A stretch of DNA of 63,344 bases, the filler included. It is 9 parts of 9 records of this genome, joined end to end, with 100 filler letters (N's around TTAATTAATTAA, not from the genome) between each part and the next. Parts side by side here need not be neighbours in the genome. Positions count along the whole stretch, not along the records: positions 5,849 to 14,756 come from SRR31147125_67347; positions 14,857 to 27,337 come from SRR31147125_67359; 7 more parts are not named here. The stretch is one strand, 5' to 3'. Positions 8,979 through 19,147 of the stretch are shown piece by piece. The position numbers were made by a program, and so were the translations under genes. The number at the start of each line of letters is the position of its first letter. Position 1 is the stretch's first letter. The notes under the pieces are model-generated. The model saw only the letters and a program-made list of their open reading frames with translations. It was not told the DNA's origin and did not search any database.

Positions 8979-11900
8979 ATGACCACCATGCCCAGCCCGC
9001 CCCTTTGCCACTCTGTCCCTGCCAACAAATTTTATCCACCCCGCATAAACGAATCACAATCCATTCCCCGCTCTTCCCTTCTGGCAGAACGTCTCGGTTC
9101 GGGGGCCTTCGCCGGCAAGGTTATCATTATCGAGGCTCAGGCCGGGCAGGGCAAGACAACCCTTGCGTATCAATTTCTCAACCAGAGCCATTGTTCGTTC
9201 CTGTGGTATCAGGTCACCGGCGAGGACCGGGACCCGGTATTTCTGCTCTCCGCATTGTACCTCGATTTCTCCCGCAAACTCGACGGGTTTACATCTCCGC
9301 AGCTTGAGGAAATCCTGCAGAAAAGCCGTGTAGGGCCGATGGACCTGCAGCGATGCACCAACATCCTCCTCAATGATATCGATAATGTACTGGATTCGGA
9401 TATCTACCTCGTTGTGGACGACCTGCACCTCATCAACGATGCTGATTTGAGTACCCAGTTTCTCGACTACCTGATCGACACCGCACCGCCCCATCTCCAT
9501 TTCATCCTGATTTCCAGACACCCCCTTACCCTGAAAGCCCGCGCGGTCAGGAAAATCCCCACCTGGTCTACCTGGACAACGAGGACCTGGCATTTGCGCT
9601 CGATGAAGTCGAAGACCTATATACCACCGTCTTCGCAACCCAGGTCAACAGTGAAGAAGCGGAGCGGATTCTCGCCATTACCAACGGCTGGATCATGGGT
9701 ATCGTCCTCGCCGCCAAACACCGGAAAATCAGCTGTAAAACACTCAATACGGAATCGGTGACAGCGCTGCGGTCCGATTTGCCGGGAAAAGGGCTGGACT
9801 GCTTTATTCTCACTTTTTTCCAGGATGAAATCCTGGCCCAGATCCCGGAGGATCTCCACCAGACATTCATGAGACTGTCCTTTCTGGATGAGATCGATAT
9901 CGAATTGGCGAAGAAATGTACGGACACAGCCAACCTCAGGGAACGCCTCGGCCAGATGACAGATCAGAACTATTTCGTCTATCGACTCGACGACGACAGC
10001 AGGACATTTCGCTTTCACCACCTGTTCCAGGAATTCCTTCAATCCAAAGGAGGGCAGTTCCTGCTAAAAGACGACATTGCTGAAATCTATCGTATGTCCG
10101 CAGACTATTATCTCGAGCGTGATCAGGTTGAAAAAGCATTGCAGGCAATGAGAAACGGTGAGGATTACCAGCGGATGGATATGCTGCTGAAAGAAAAAGG
10201 TCTGAAACTCGTATCAGCCAACCGAACGGTAACCATCCTTACGATTCTCCAGACCATTCCGGAAAAAACCTTGCTTGGCTTCGGCTGGCTGACCTTCTTC
10301 CATGCATTTGCGACTACCGACGTCGAGCCCCAGACCACCCTGCCCTATTTCCAGACAAGCCTGGATCGCTTCATCAAGTGCGGGGATAACGACGGCGAGA
10401 TGATGGCCCTGTCCCAGATCATCTACTTTCACTATGCAATCTCCGGACGATACAGCGCCGGCTCACAGCTGCTGGAGCGGGCCCGGGTTCTCTTCGAGTC
10501 AATCCACAAGAGCCTGCCGAAAGAAATTGCCATTATCGTGAGCAGAAACCTGGCGGCCGGTTTCTGCTTTTTCGACGGGCGGATGGAAATTGCACGACAT
10601 TATGCAAAAAGAGGGTGCGAACTTGCCGATCGCATAGACAGCAAGAATTTTATCGCCGCATCTCGCTATATTCTCGGCAATACCGAACTGCTCGCCGGAG
10701 ATCAACGACGGGCGCGGATGGAGATAGAAAAATCTCATCAACTGGTCAGCGCACCTCTTGTCGGCATGAATAACCGCCTGGCCCTGCACATCATGCAACT
10801 ACGCGAATTGTCAATGCACGCCGATCTTGCGGCTTTCTCTTATCACAAAGATCTGGTGCTGCAGGGAATCGACAGCGAAATTATCCGGCAGACCGGTGCC
10901 GCCCCGTATCTCTATGAGTGGTCTGCTATCGGCCTGATCTCCATCGACAGGCACGACGACGCCCTCGATGTCATTGAACAGGGAATGTCAATCTCCAAAA
11001 CCGCCACGAGCGAGCATATGAGCAGCCTGTTCCTGCAGTGGCGCAGTTTTATCAAGGCCCTTACCGGAGATCACCCTGCCGCACTTGAGGATATCGAGCG
11101 CTCAACAGTCATGCGCATCAACGCAGGCGGCCCATTCTACCTCGGTTATCACTATGCAATCAGAGGCGCGGTCCTGGCGATACTCGGTCGTTTTGAAGAA
11201 GCCCGGGAGAACCTGAAGCGTGCGATGCAATTTGCAGAGCAGATTCCCTCTCCCTACATCAGGATCTGCGCCCTCGCCTTTCTCTGTTATACCGAAATCA
11301 GGGACCAGACAGGGCAGCCGGTAAAACCACTCCTCACCGAATGGTTCGAACTGATGAATGATACAGGATTTGAATACTTCTGGGGATGGGAGTCCCAGTG
11401 CATGCTTGAGGTCCTGGGCACAGCCGTCGAGCTCGGAGTAGAGCCCGAATGTGCGAACCGGCTGGCACGGGAACGTTTTGGTCACGCCATCGAGGCCCAG
11501 GGGGCTCCGTTCCCGATGCTGCTGATCAGGACACTCGGGAAATTCTCGATCAGCCTGGACGGCAGAGAGCTGTTCACTATCCAGGATTTCAGCAACTACC
11601 AGCGTGAATTTTTTGGATTGCTCATATCTTCTACCGACCTGCGCATCGGCCAGGACCAGGTTCAACTTGCACTCTGGCCCGACAGTCCACCGGATAAAGC
11701 CAGCAAAACCTTCTACACGCTTATCAGCCGTCTCCGCAAGGTGCTGGCTACGAAAGTGGAGGATCCGAACCGCTATATCAACGTAGAAAAAAACTATGTC
11801 CAGTTGACCAATACACAGGTCGATTCCACTGATTTTCTGGCTTTGTCTGAAGCCGGTCTGAGCCTTGCGAGAAGGGAATTATGGTGGCAGGCCGGCAATT

Positions 11901-12367
11901 CGTTCTGCGAAGCCCTCTCATGCTGGAGTAAATTTACCGAATCGGAATATTTCGGGTCGGAAACGTCTCTTGAACACAGCGACGATATCAGAAATTCAAT
12001 GCACAGGCTCTGCCTTACCTGGGCACAATCCCTGATCGGGTTCAACCGGGTCGACGACACGATAGCACTTCTGGAAAAAACGGGTCCGGTTCTCATGTCG
12101 GAACAGGATGTTGTCGTTTTGCGCTACCAGTTGTACATGAACAGGAAGAAGCCGCTCAAGGCCGCCGCTCTGCTCGACAGCTATGAAGACAAACTGCGGG
12201 GCATGGATTACACTCCCGAGGAGGCCGCGCAGATGAGGCGGGAAATTCGCCGCGGGGGTAGAGCCCTGCTGCGGCAGAGTCAGCTGATCCCGTCGAGCGG
12301 GCACTCTGCACACAGCGGCTTCGACTTCCTGCAGTACTTTTTTGCGGTCTGCACAAAAAGTGCGTGA
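8979..12367 (+). CDS. MalT-like STAND ATPase - TPR - wHTH/BTAD transcriptional activator (frameshift near 9555)
   Basis: KFYPP, AQAGQGKTT Walker A, LVVDDLH Walker B, TNGWIMG, FRFHHLF; C-terminal IRTLGKF...LWPD...ISRLRK. Confidence 0.85.
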
Positions 12368-12945
12368 TACTGGTTGAAAACATCCACATCGGGGGCGAGG
12401 TTATCCATGAACAGATCATGGATCGTCTGGTAATCACACGTTTCCTCCAGCAGATTGTGCCGGGACAGTATCCGGTGCGTATACGCATCAACCACGAACG
12501 TCGGGTGACCGCCGCCATAGAGCAGAATCGAATCGGCCGTTTCCGGGCCAATACCTTTCACTGACAGCAACGCCTGCCGTGCTCTGGCGGTACTATCATT
12601 GAATAACGACTCGAGATTGCCGCTGTAATCCGCTTCGATCATGGTCAGGAGATTGTGCAAGCGCCTGGCCTTCAGGTTGTAGTACCCGGACGAGCGGATG
12701 TAGCCGGCCAGTTCAGCCTCCGGAAGAGCGAGCAATGCATCGAATGAGAGCAGTCCAGCCCGCTTCAGCGTATCGATAGCCTTTTCGACGTTTTTCCAGT
12801 TCGTATTCTGGGTCAGCACGGCACCGACCACGACTTCGAAAACTGATTCGGCGGGCCACCAGTGCAGTGGACCGAAATGATCATCGAGTCGTCGGTAGAT
12901 TTCCTGCAGACGCTCCGCAGTGGAGGCCGTCATTGGCTCAGCCAT
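12280..12945 (-). CDS. Endonuclease III-related HhH-GPD DNA glycosylase
   Basis: GAVLTQNTNW, KGIGPETADSILLY, C-terminal CRKSKPLCAECP. Confidence 0.9.
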   Translation of the reverse strand: MAEPMTASTAERLQEIYRRLDDHFGPLHWWPAESVFEVVVGAVLTQNTNWKNVEKAIDTLKRAGLLSFDALLALPEAELAGYIRSSGYYNLKARRLHNLLTMIEADYSGNLESLFNDSTARARQALLSVKGIGPETADSILLYGGGHPTFVVDAYTHRILSRHNLLEETCDYQTIHDLFMDNLAPDVDVFNQYHALFVQTAKKYCRKSKPLCAECPLDGIS

Positions 12946-14026
12946 CCCCGAAACAGATACCGATATCCCTGGCCGTCGTTATCTTGTCACTGTTCAAATC
13001 GATTTTCTTCCTCGTACTGATCGCCTGTTCGATCGGAACAGCCGTCATCTGAGAGGATTCCAGGGCAACCATATGCCCGTACGTCCCCTCTTCTACAAGC
13101 CTCACCGCAGCGGCACCGAATCTCAACGCGAGGAGCCGGTCGAACGTTGTCGGCGAACCGCCGCGCTGCAGATGGCCAAGCGTCAGCGACCGGGTGTCCT
13201 TATCCGAGGATTTTCTGATTTCTGCGGCAACCCATTCCCCGACCCCACCAAGGATGACCTCCTCCCTGCCGACCTCGCCATCTCCTTTGGAGATCACCTC
13301 GCCGCCGAGCGCAACCGCCCCTTCGGCGACCACGACAATCGAGTAATGCTTGTCCCTCAGTTCATTGTCGGCAATTTTTTCACACACCCGTTCAAGATTG
13401 AACGGGATCTCGGGGATTAGGATGACATCCGCCCCTCCTGATATACCGGAGTAGAGCGCAATCCAGCCCGATTCACGGCCCATGACCTCGACAACCATGA
13501 CGCGATCATGGGATTTGGCAGTGGAGTGAAGCTTGTCGAGCGCTTCGGTGGCCGTTGATACAGCGGTATCGAAGCCAAAGGTCCGGTCGGTAGCCATCAG
13601 GTCATTGTCGATGGTCTTGGGTACCCCGATAACGTTCATCCCCAATTCGGAGAAACGGTGCGCAATTTCGAGCGTTCCATCTCCGCCAATCGCGATATGG
13701 CAGTCGAATCCCATTCGTTTGTAATTTCTCAGGATCTTGTCTGAAACATCGACCAGGTGAACTTCGCCGGCAAGGTTTTCAACCGGCTTGGCAAATGGGC
13801 TCCCCTTGTTCGTCGACCCGAGTATCGTTCCGCCGATCGCATAAATTTCCTGCACGTCGCGCGGGGTCAGCCGGATCATCTCGTCGACATCGAGAAAGCC
13901 GCTGTAACCGCTTTTGCTGCCGTACACCTCCCACCCTCTTCGATAACACGCATGAACAACCGCGTATATGACCGCATTGAGCCCGGGTGCATCTCCGCCA
14001 CCTGTCGAAATAACAACTTTTTTCAT
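12938..14026 (-). CDS. pfkA: 6-phosphofructokinase (ATP/PPi PfkA family)
   Basis: GGGDAPGLNAVI, IGGDGT, GVPKTIDND, EVMGR, LGHLQRGG. Confidence 0.93.
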   Translation of the reverse strand: MKKVVISTGGGDAPGLNAVIYAVVHACYRRGWEVYGSKSGYSGFLDVDEMIRLTPRDVQEIYAIGGTILGSTNKGSPFAKPVENLAGEVHLVDVSDKILRNYKRMGFDCHIAIGGDGTLEIAHRFSELGMNVIGVPKTIDNDLMATDRTFGFDTAVSTATEALDKLHSTAKSHDRVMVVEVMGRESGWIALYSGISGGADVILIPEIPFNLERVCEKIADNELRDKHYSIVVVAEGAVALGGEVISKGDGEVGREEVILGGVGEWVAAEIRKSSDKDTRSLTLGHLQRGGSPTTFDRLLALRFGAAAVRLVEEGTYGHMVALESSQMTAVPIEQAISTRKKIDLNSDKITTARDIGICFGDG

Positions 14027-14247
14027 GGATAAACCTCACCCTGTTCGGGTCAGAAAACAGTTCTGTATTAATAGTATAAGCAACGCAATTAGTTGGCTGA
14101 AATATTTAAAATAACAATCAATTAATTCAAGTGCTATATTTGACTGTTTTCTTTGCCAAATTAATTATTTTTCCCCATTTATATAATAATATTATACCGT
14201 TAAAAAACAGGTGTGTCGGTATTTAATCGTACGTTGAAATTCACGGA

Positions 14248-14276
14248 TTGACTTCTGTTTTGGCTGAGCTTATCAT
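14248..14276 (+). promoter_or_regulatory. Sigma70 promoter of the HesB-like gene
   Basis: TTGACT-N17-TATCAT. Confidence 0.6.
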
Positions 14277-14360
14277 GTGCCAAAATGCGAAAGTGATCGG
14301 TGCCTGTGCACCATCAGGGTAAAAAACCCACGACATTATGAAAACATTAAGGAGGTCTGC

Positions 14361-14696
14361 ATGTCTCTTACAGTAACAGACCTGGCTGTGACCAAACTCA
14401 AAGAGTATCTCAGCCAGAACAATATTGAATCGGCCCTGCGCGTCGCACTGATGCAGGGCGGCTGAGCTGGCCCCTCCCTGGGACTGGCTCTGGATGAGCC
14501 TAAAGAAAACGACAAAGTATACGACCAGAATGAGCTTACATTTCTAGTAGAAGACAGCCTGCTGGAAACCTGCGGTGCCATAAATGTCGAATATGTGGAT
14601 GCAGGACCGCGCTCCGGTTTCGGTATCTCCTCCACGAACCCGGTCGGCGGCGGCGGATGTTCCTCCGGTTCCTGCGGAGACGGAGGGTGCGGCTGA
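14361..14696 (+). CDS. HesB/IscA-like selenoprotein (Sec at codon 35, TGA 14463-14465)
   Basis: AAGGAGG RBS; MSLTVTDLAVTKLKEYLSQNNIESALRVALMQGG-U-AGPSLGLALDEP...GGGGCSSGSCGDGGCG*; the frame stays open and homologous after the TGA. Confidence 0.9.
14466..14500 (+). promoter_or_regulatory. Candidate bacterial SECIS element
   Basis: Hairpin GGCTC-TGGAT-GAGCC (14486-14500) about 20 nt after the in-frame UGA, with G in the loop. Confidence 0.65.
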
Positions 14697-14727
14697 GCAG
14701 CTTCACTCCACAGTTGTTCTTTTTTAA

Positions 14728-14756
14728 AAAGCGGATTTACTATGTAAATCCGCTTT
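14728..14756 (+). terminator. Terminator hairpin after the HesB-like gene
   Basis: AAAGCGGATTTAC-TAT-GTAAATCCGCTTT, cut by the contig end. Confidence 0.75.
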
Positions 14757-14856
14757 NNNNNNNNNNNNNNNNNNNNNNNNNNNNNNNNNNNNNNNNNNNN
14801 TTAATTAATTAANNNNNNNNNNNNNNNNNNNNNNNNNNNNNNNNNNNNNNNNNNNN

Positions 14857-16897
14857 GGTCCTGGGGGCCGCCGCCGCCCACCGGCGCGTAAACAAAGCCG
14901 GGCATGATCTTATCGGTGACGAAGGCGCGCATGGCCACCTGTCCGCGGGCCGTTTTGATCACCACCAGGTCGCCGTTCTTGATCCTGCGTGTTTCGGCGT
15001 CGGCCGGATTCATCTGCACCATGGGGTCGGGATACTTTTCGATGAAACTGGGAATGGCTCGCAGGCATGACTTCATGTCCGGCTTGAAAGGACCGGTTCC
15101 CAGGATAAGCGGAAATCGCCTGTGAAGATCCGGATCGCTCATCGGCGTTTCGTCGGACTCCTGGTAAACGGGCAGGCCGTCGTAGCCGTACTGCTCCAGG
15201 ATACGGGATTTTATTTCGAACTTGCCCGATGGCGTTTCGAAACCGGGCCGGCCGTCGGCGCGCAACAGCCCCTTTTCCCATTTGCGATAGGCCAGGGGGG
15301 CCTGCGGCAGGGCGAAGACCTTCTTGTCGGCGAGCATCAGATCGGCAAGGCTTGTCCCTGATTTGGCCAGGATATCGGCCAGCAGCACATCTGGATGCCG
15401 GGGGAACTGGTCGCCATAACCCAGGCGGTCGGCCAACTCCACCAGGATCTGGTAGGCGGGTTTGGACTGTCCCACCGGTTCGATCATCTGTTCCCGATAA
15501 CGGATGGCATTGCCGTAATAGCAATAGGAGGCCTGCTCAAAGGCCGTGGTGGCCGGCAGCACCAGATCGGCATAGGCTGCATCACGGGTCAGTTGCAGGT
15601 CGATGCTCACCAGAAAATCGAGTTTTTCCAGGGCCCGTTGCCACAACGTCGGGTTGGGCCAGGCGGTGAGCAGGGAGGCGCCCAATACGATCAGCCCTTT
15701 CACCGGATAGGGATCCTCGTCGATGATGGCCCGCGGCAGCAAGATGGCGTGGGGTTCTCCGCCGCAGTAGCGGGCGTAGACCGGGAACTTGCCCGCGCCG
15801 ATGGAGCGGTCAAAACCGGGCGTGGCCAATTGTCCCTCGGTGGCCAGCGGCAGGATGCGGCCATTTCCAAGGAAACAGCGTCCGCCTTCCACGTCCAGTT
15901 GGCCGGCCAGGGCCCACAGCACCATCACGGCGCGAATATTCTGCACACCGCTCTTGGTGTACTCCAGCCCGGTATACATGACGTAGCTGGCGCCCTCGGC
16001 GTCTTCGATCCGCTCTGCCAGATCCTCGATGGTGTCCGGGGCGATACCGGTCAGCTCGGCCACGCGCTTGGGAGAAAAATCCCTGACGTAGTCGGCGAAA
16101 TCCTCGAACCCGACCGTCCATTCATCCACGAAGGCCTTGTCGTAGCGCCCGTCGCGGATGAGGATATGGCTGAGCCCCAATGCCAGGGCGCCGTCCGATC
16201 CCGGTCGGATGGGAATCCATTCGCTGCCGGGAAGCTCGGCGGCTGCGGTTTTGCGCGGATCGATGACGATAATCTCGGCCCCTTCGTCGGCTGCGGTCTT
16301 GAGTTGTTCGAACATGGCCGGCGGGGTCGAGGTGGACGGATCGGTGCCCCAGACGATGACCAGATCGGCATTGTCCACGTCGGAGAACATGTCTATGTGC
16401 AGGCAGCCCATGGTCAACTTTGGCGCCAGTACACCCAGGGAGGTGTAACAGGGCGCGCCCACGCCAAACGTGTTGGGTGAGCCATAGGGAAAGAGAATGC
16501 TGGTGGCCAGGTAGATTTCGGCGCCCTTGAGCTTGAAGGCGTCCTTGAATGCCCGTTCGTAGGAGCCGGTGCCGGCGTAAAAGGCCATTGCTTGGGGACC
16601 AACGGTGGCTTTAATCTCACCAAGCTTATCGGCGATGATGGTGTAGGCCTCGTCCCAGCCGATGGGTTCGAAGTCATACCCGCCTTTAGGCCCGACCCGC
16701 TTCATGGGCCGGGTGAGGCGTTTTTCCGAATAGACCATTTCTTCGACACTGTCGGCGATAGGGCAGAGGATTTTACCCAGCGGCACCTCGGGGTCGGGGG
16801 TAAGGCGAACGATCCGGTCGTCTTCATCGAAATGAACAATGGCGCCGCATCCCGGGCTGTGAAAGCACAGCCCGCAGATACCGTGTTCGGTTCTCAA
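14857..16897 (-). CDS. Cytoplasmic Mo/W-bisPGD enzyme of the acetylene-hydratase-like group (3' truncated); candidate MES-like sulfur-inserting enzyme
   Basis: N-terminal 4Fe-4S motif CGLCFHSPGC...LCP, no Tat signal, putative Cys metal ligand in GAPCYTS, IRPGSDGAL, ADLVLPA, TPSGKFE, molybdopterin-binding C-terminal domain. Confidence 0.85.
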
Positions 16898-16973
16898 ACA
16901 ATCCCTCCTTTAAATTTTAGCAAATTTAAGAATTGCTAAAATTTATAAACTTTTTTCTGTGGATGGGCATTCG

Positions 16974-17918
16974 TTATTCCCGACGGCCCACCAGATATTG
17001 GGACGTTATATGTTCCCATAAGTTTTCGGTCTTGCGGATTTTCCAGGCGACATTGCCGTCGTCGGTGATGCCCAAGGGCGGGTCGAAAACACCGAATTCG
17101 CCGGCGAACAGGCGGCGCATGGTATCGATCCCGCGGGCGCTGTACTGGGTGTTGCCGTTGCCACTGAGCCAGCGTTCAGGGAGGGAGACCGCCTCATCCC
17201 AGGAGAAGGGGTCTGAAAACAGAAACATGGCGGAACGATCCCGCAGCACGCGATCGATTTCCGTGAGATGTTTCAAGGGGTCGGGAACTTTTTCGAGCAA
17301 ATTGATGGCCGCCGCCGTGGCAAACGCGCGCTTTCGAAATGGCAGGGCCAGGGCGTCGGCGACGATAAAGTCCACCCGGCTGAAGTCCTGGTTGTCGTCG
17401 AAACGATGGCTTCTGGGATCGGTGAGGTGGCCTTCTACGATCAAATCGAATGAAATCCGCTTGCCCATGAGAATCTCGCGGGCCTTGCGGATAAAGGCGA
17501 TTGAGGTGTCCAGGCCGATCACATGGTCGTGGGTTGCGGCCAGCTCGAAAGAGAGCCGTCCCACGGCACAGCCCACATCCAGGGCATCGCCTTCGGTGGG
17601 TTTGAAACCGGCCGACCAGACCTGGTAGGCCTGTGTGGCCTCAGGATCGTTCAACAGATCGCCGAAGTGGCTCCACATATAGGCGGAGAGCATTCCCGGC
17701 GCGTTATAACCCCGGTCGTCCTTTAGAATATCACGTGTCTTTTCCGGCAGCAGCACGGCAATGCCCTGGCGGATGGGATAGTTGCCCCCGCAGTGGGGAC
17801 AAGCCATCTCGCCATCCACGACATCATCCGCCCGTTTTTCGCGGACGGTCAAGTTCAGTGGCTCTTCGGAATCCAGGCACTGTGGACAAATCAGTTTGTC
17901 CGCCACCCATTTTTTCAT
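16974..17918 (-). CDS. SAM-dependent methyltransferase resembling the OvoA C-terminal (mercaptohistidine N-methyltransferase) domain, with N-terminal Trm112-like Zn finger
   Basis: ICPQC...CPHC...YPIRQGI; ALDVGCAVGRLSFEL, GLDTSIAFI, VEG, NLLEKVPDP, SDPFSW...WLSG, VAWKIRKTENLWEH. Confidence 0.8.
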   Translation of the reverse strand: MKKWVADKLICPQCLDSEEPLNLTVREKRADDVVDGEMACPHCGGNYPIRQGIAVLLPEKTRDILKDDRGYNAPGMLSAYMWSHFGDLLNDPEATQAYQVWSAGFKPTEGDALDVGCAVGRLSFELAATHDHVIGLDTSIAFIRKAREILMGKRISFDLIVEGHLTDPRSHRFDDNQDFSRVDFIVADALALPFRKRAFATAAAINLLEKVPDPLKHLTEIDRVLRDRSAMFLFSDPFSWDEAVSLPERWLSGNGNTQYSARGIDTMRRLFAGEFGVFDPPLGITDDGNVAWKIRKTENLWEHITSQYLVGRRE

Positions 17919-18269
17919 GGTTGTTCACCTATTTTGCAATTTTTGGGGTGTCATTTAGACCATCAGGGAATTTAAACAGGCGTCATGCGAAGTTGCTATA
18001 TTTGCTGCTGATGAAGAATGTTCACATCCGAAAAAGTCACAACCGGGTTGTTCCCCCGAGAACGTGGGAGTGGCCGGCTACGGTCGACACCGTTTGTTCT
18101 CCTGTCATAAGCTACCGCAAGCAATACGAAAAACGATTAAGTCCATCACAAATAAAGGTGCCAGTATACATGCGGATCAGATGGGATTCAAGGGGACATA
18201 TGGAATAAAAGCAGAACCGATGGAACCATGTCGAGATTTCCTGATTGTCGACGTTGGTTGAAATGGTGT

Positions 18270-18801
18270 TGTGAAAGCAATTGCCAGAGTAGATGCCGGG
18301 ATCCATGATCATGTCCAGCAACACTATATCCACCGGTTGCCTGCGCACAGGCTCGATGGCGGCCTCGCCTTCGCTGACCGACACGCCTCGCCTGGCCAGG
18401 CTCGACAGGTCCTGAACGATGTTGGCGGCCCGTTCGCCGGAGCGTTGAATCGTGCGGATGGGCTTCTGCAGCGGGCTTTGCGGTGGAAGATCAATCAAGA
18501 TCAGTTCGGGATAGCTGACCAGGCCTGACTGGATATTGTTCAGGTCGTGGGCGACACCACCGGCCAGCATGCCAATGGCTTCCATTTTCTGGGCGCGCTG
18601 CAACTGGTCGAGCAGTCTTCGTTTTTCTTCTGCCGCTGTCATTTGTTGCGTGATGTTTCTGCCGATACCCAATGCCAGCTGGTCCGATACCGCCACCATC
18701 CGACATTCATAGTGCTGGGTGGCGCCGTTGACAGGGAACTGGTACTCGAAGATTATTACCGAGCGGCTCTTGAATGTCCGTGACCTCTTTTTGCCGCGCA
18801 T
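18270..18801 (-). pseudogene. Internally deleted hybrid PAS-histidine kinase-receiver remnant
   Basis: AQKMEAIGMLAGGVAHDLNN (HisKA) is joined directly to the receiver fragment GEAAIEPVRRQPVDIVLLDMIMDPGI; the HATPase domain is absent. Confidence 0.75.
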
Positions 18802-19147
18802 GCTCGCGCTTGCGAATTTTATCGGCCATATCGCTGAATCGGCGGGCGATGTTGATCATTTTTTGTTTCTTCGAACACGGCCCGCCACAGGCGGATGACA
18901 TGGGGTGACGTTGGTTTCGAGAAGGCGATATATTTAACAATTGTCATGATTATTCCAAATGCGAATTAAAGGTTTTGTGATTCGCCGCGGATTTGCCTAT
19001 CGTCCTTTGGTAGGTTGCGGTTTGTCAATTCGAAACATCGTCATTTTTGATGCACCGCGCTGCCAGAAACCCTTGCTCCGACAGAAAGGATGCTTACCGT
19101 CAACAAATCGACCGACATTATTTCAACCAACTTTCCTGCTTATATAA

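Noticed and set aside
14694-14696. Terminal TGA of the HesB-like gene as a second Sec codon
   Set aside because: No SECIS-like hairpin at a suitable distance, the downstream frame looks non-coding, and a terminator follows.
14857-16897. Calling the Mo/W enzyme an acetylene hydratase, formate dehydrogenase or polysulfide reductase
   Set aside because: It lacks the Asp next to the Fe-S Cys of acetylene hydratase, the C/U-H pair of formate dehydrogenase, a Tat signal, and visible partner subunits.
17919-18110. Possible riboswitch upstream of the OvoA-like methyltransferase
   Set aside because: No SAM, Moco/Wco or cobalamin consensus recognisable by eye; an Infernal/Rfam scan would be needed.
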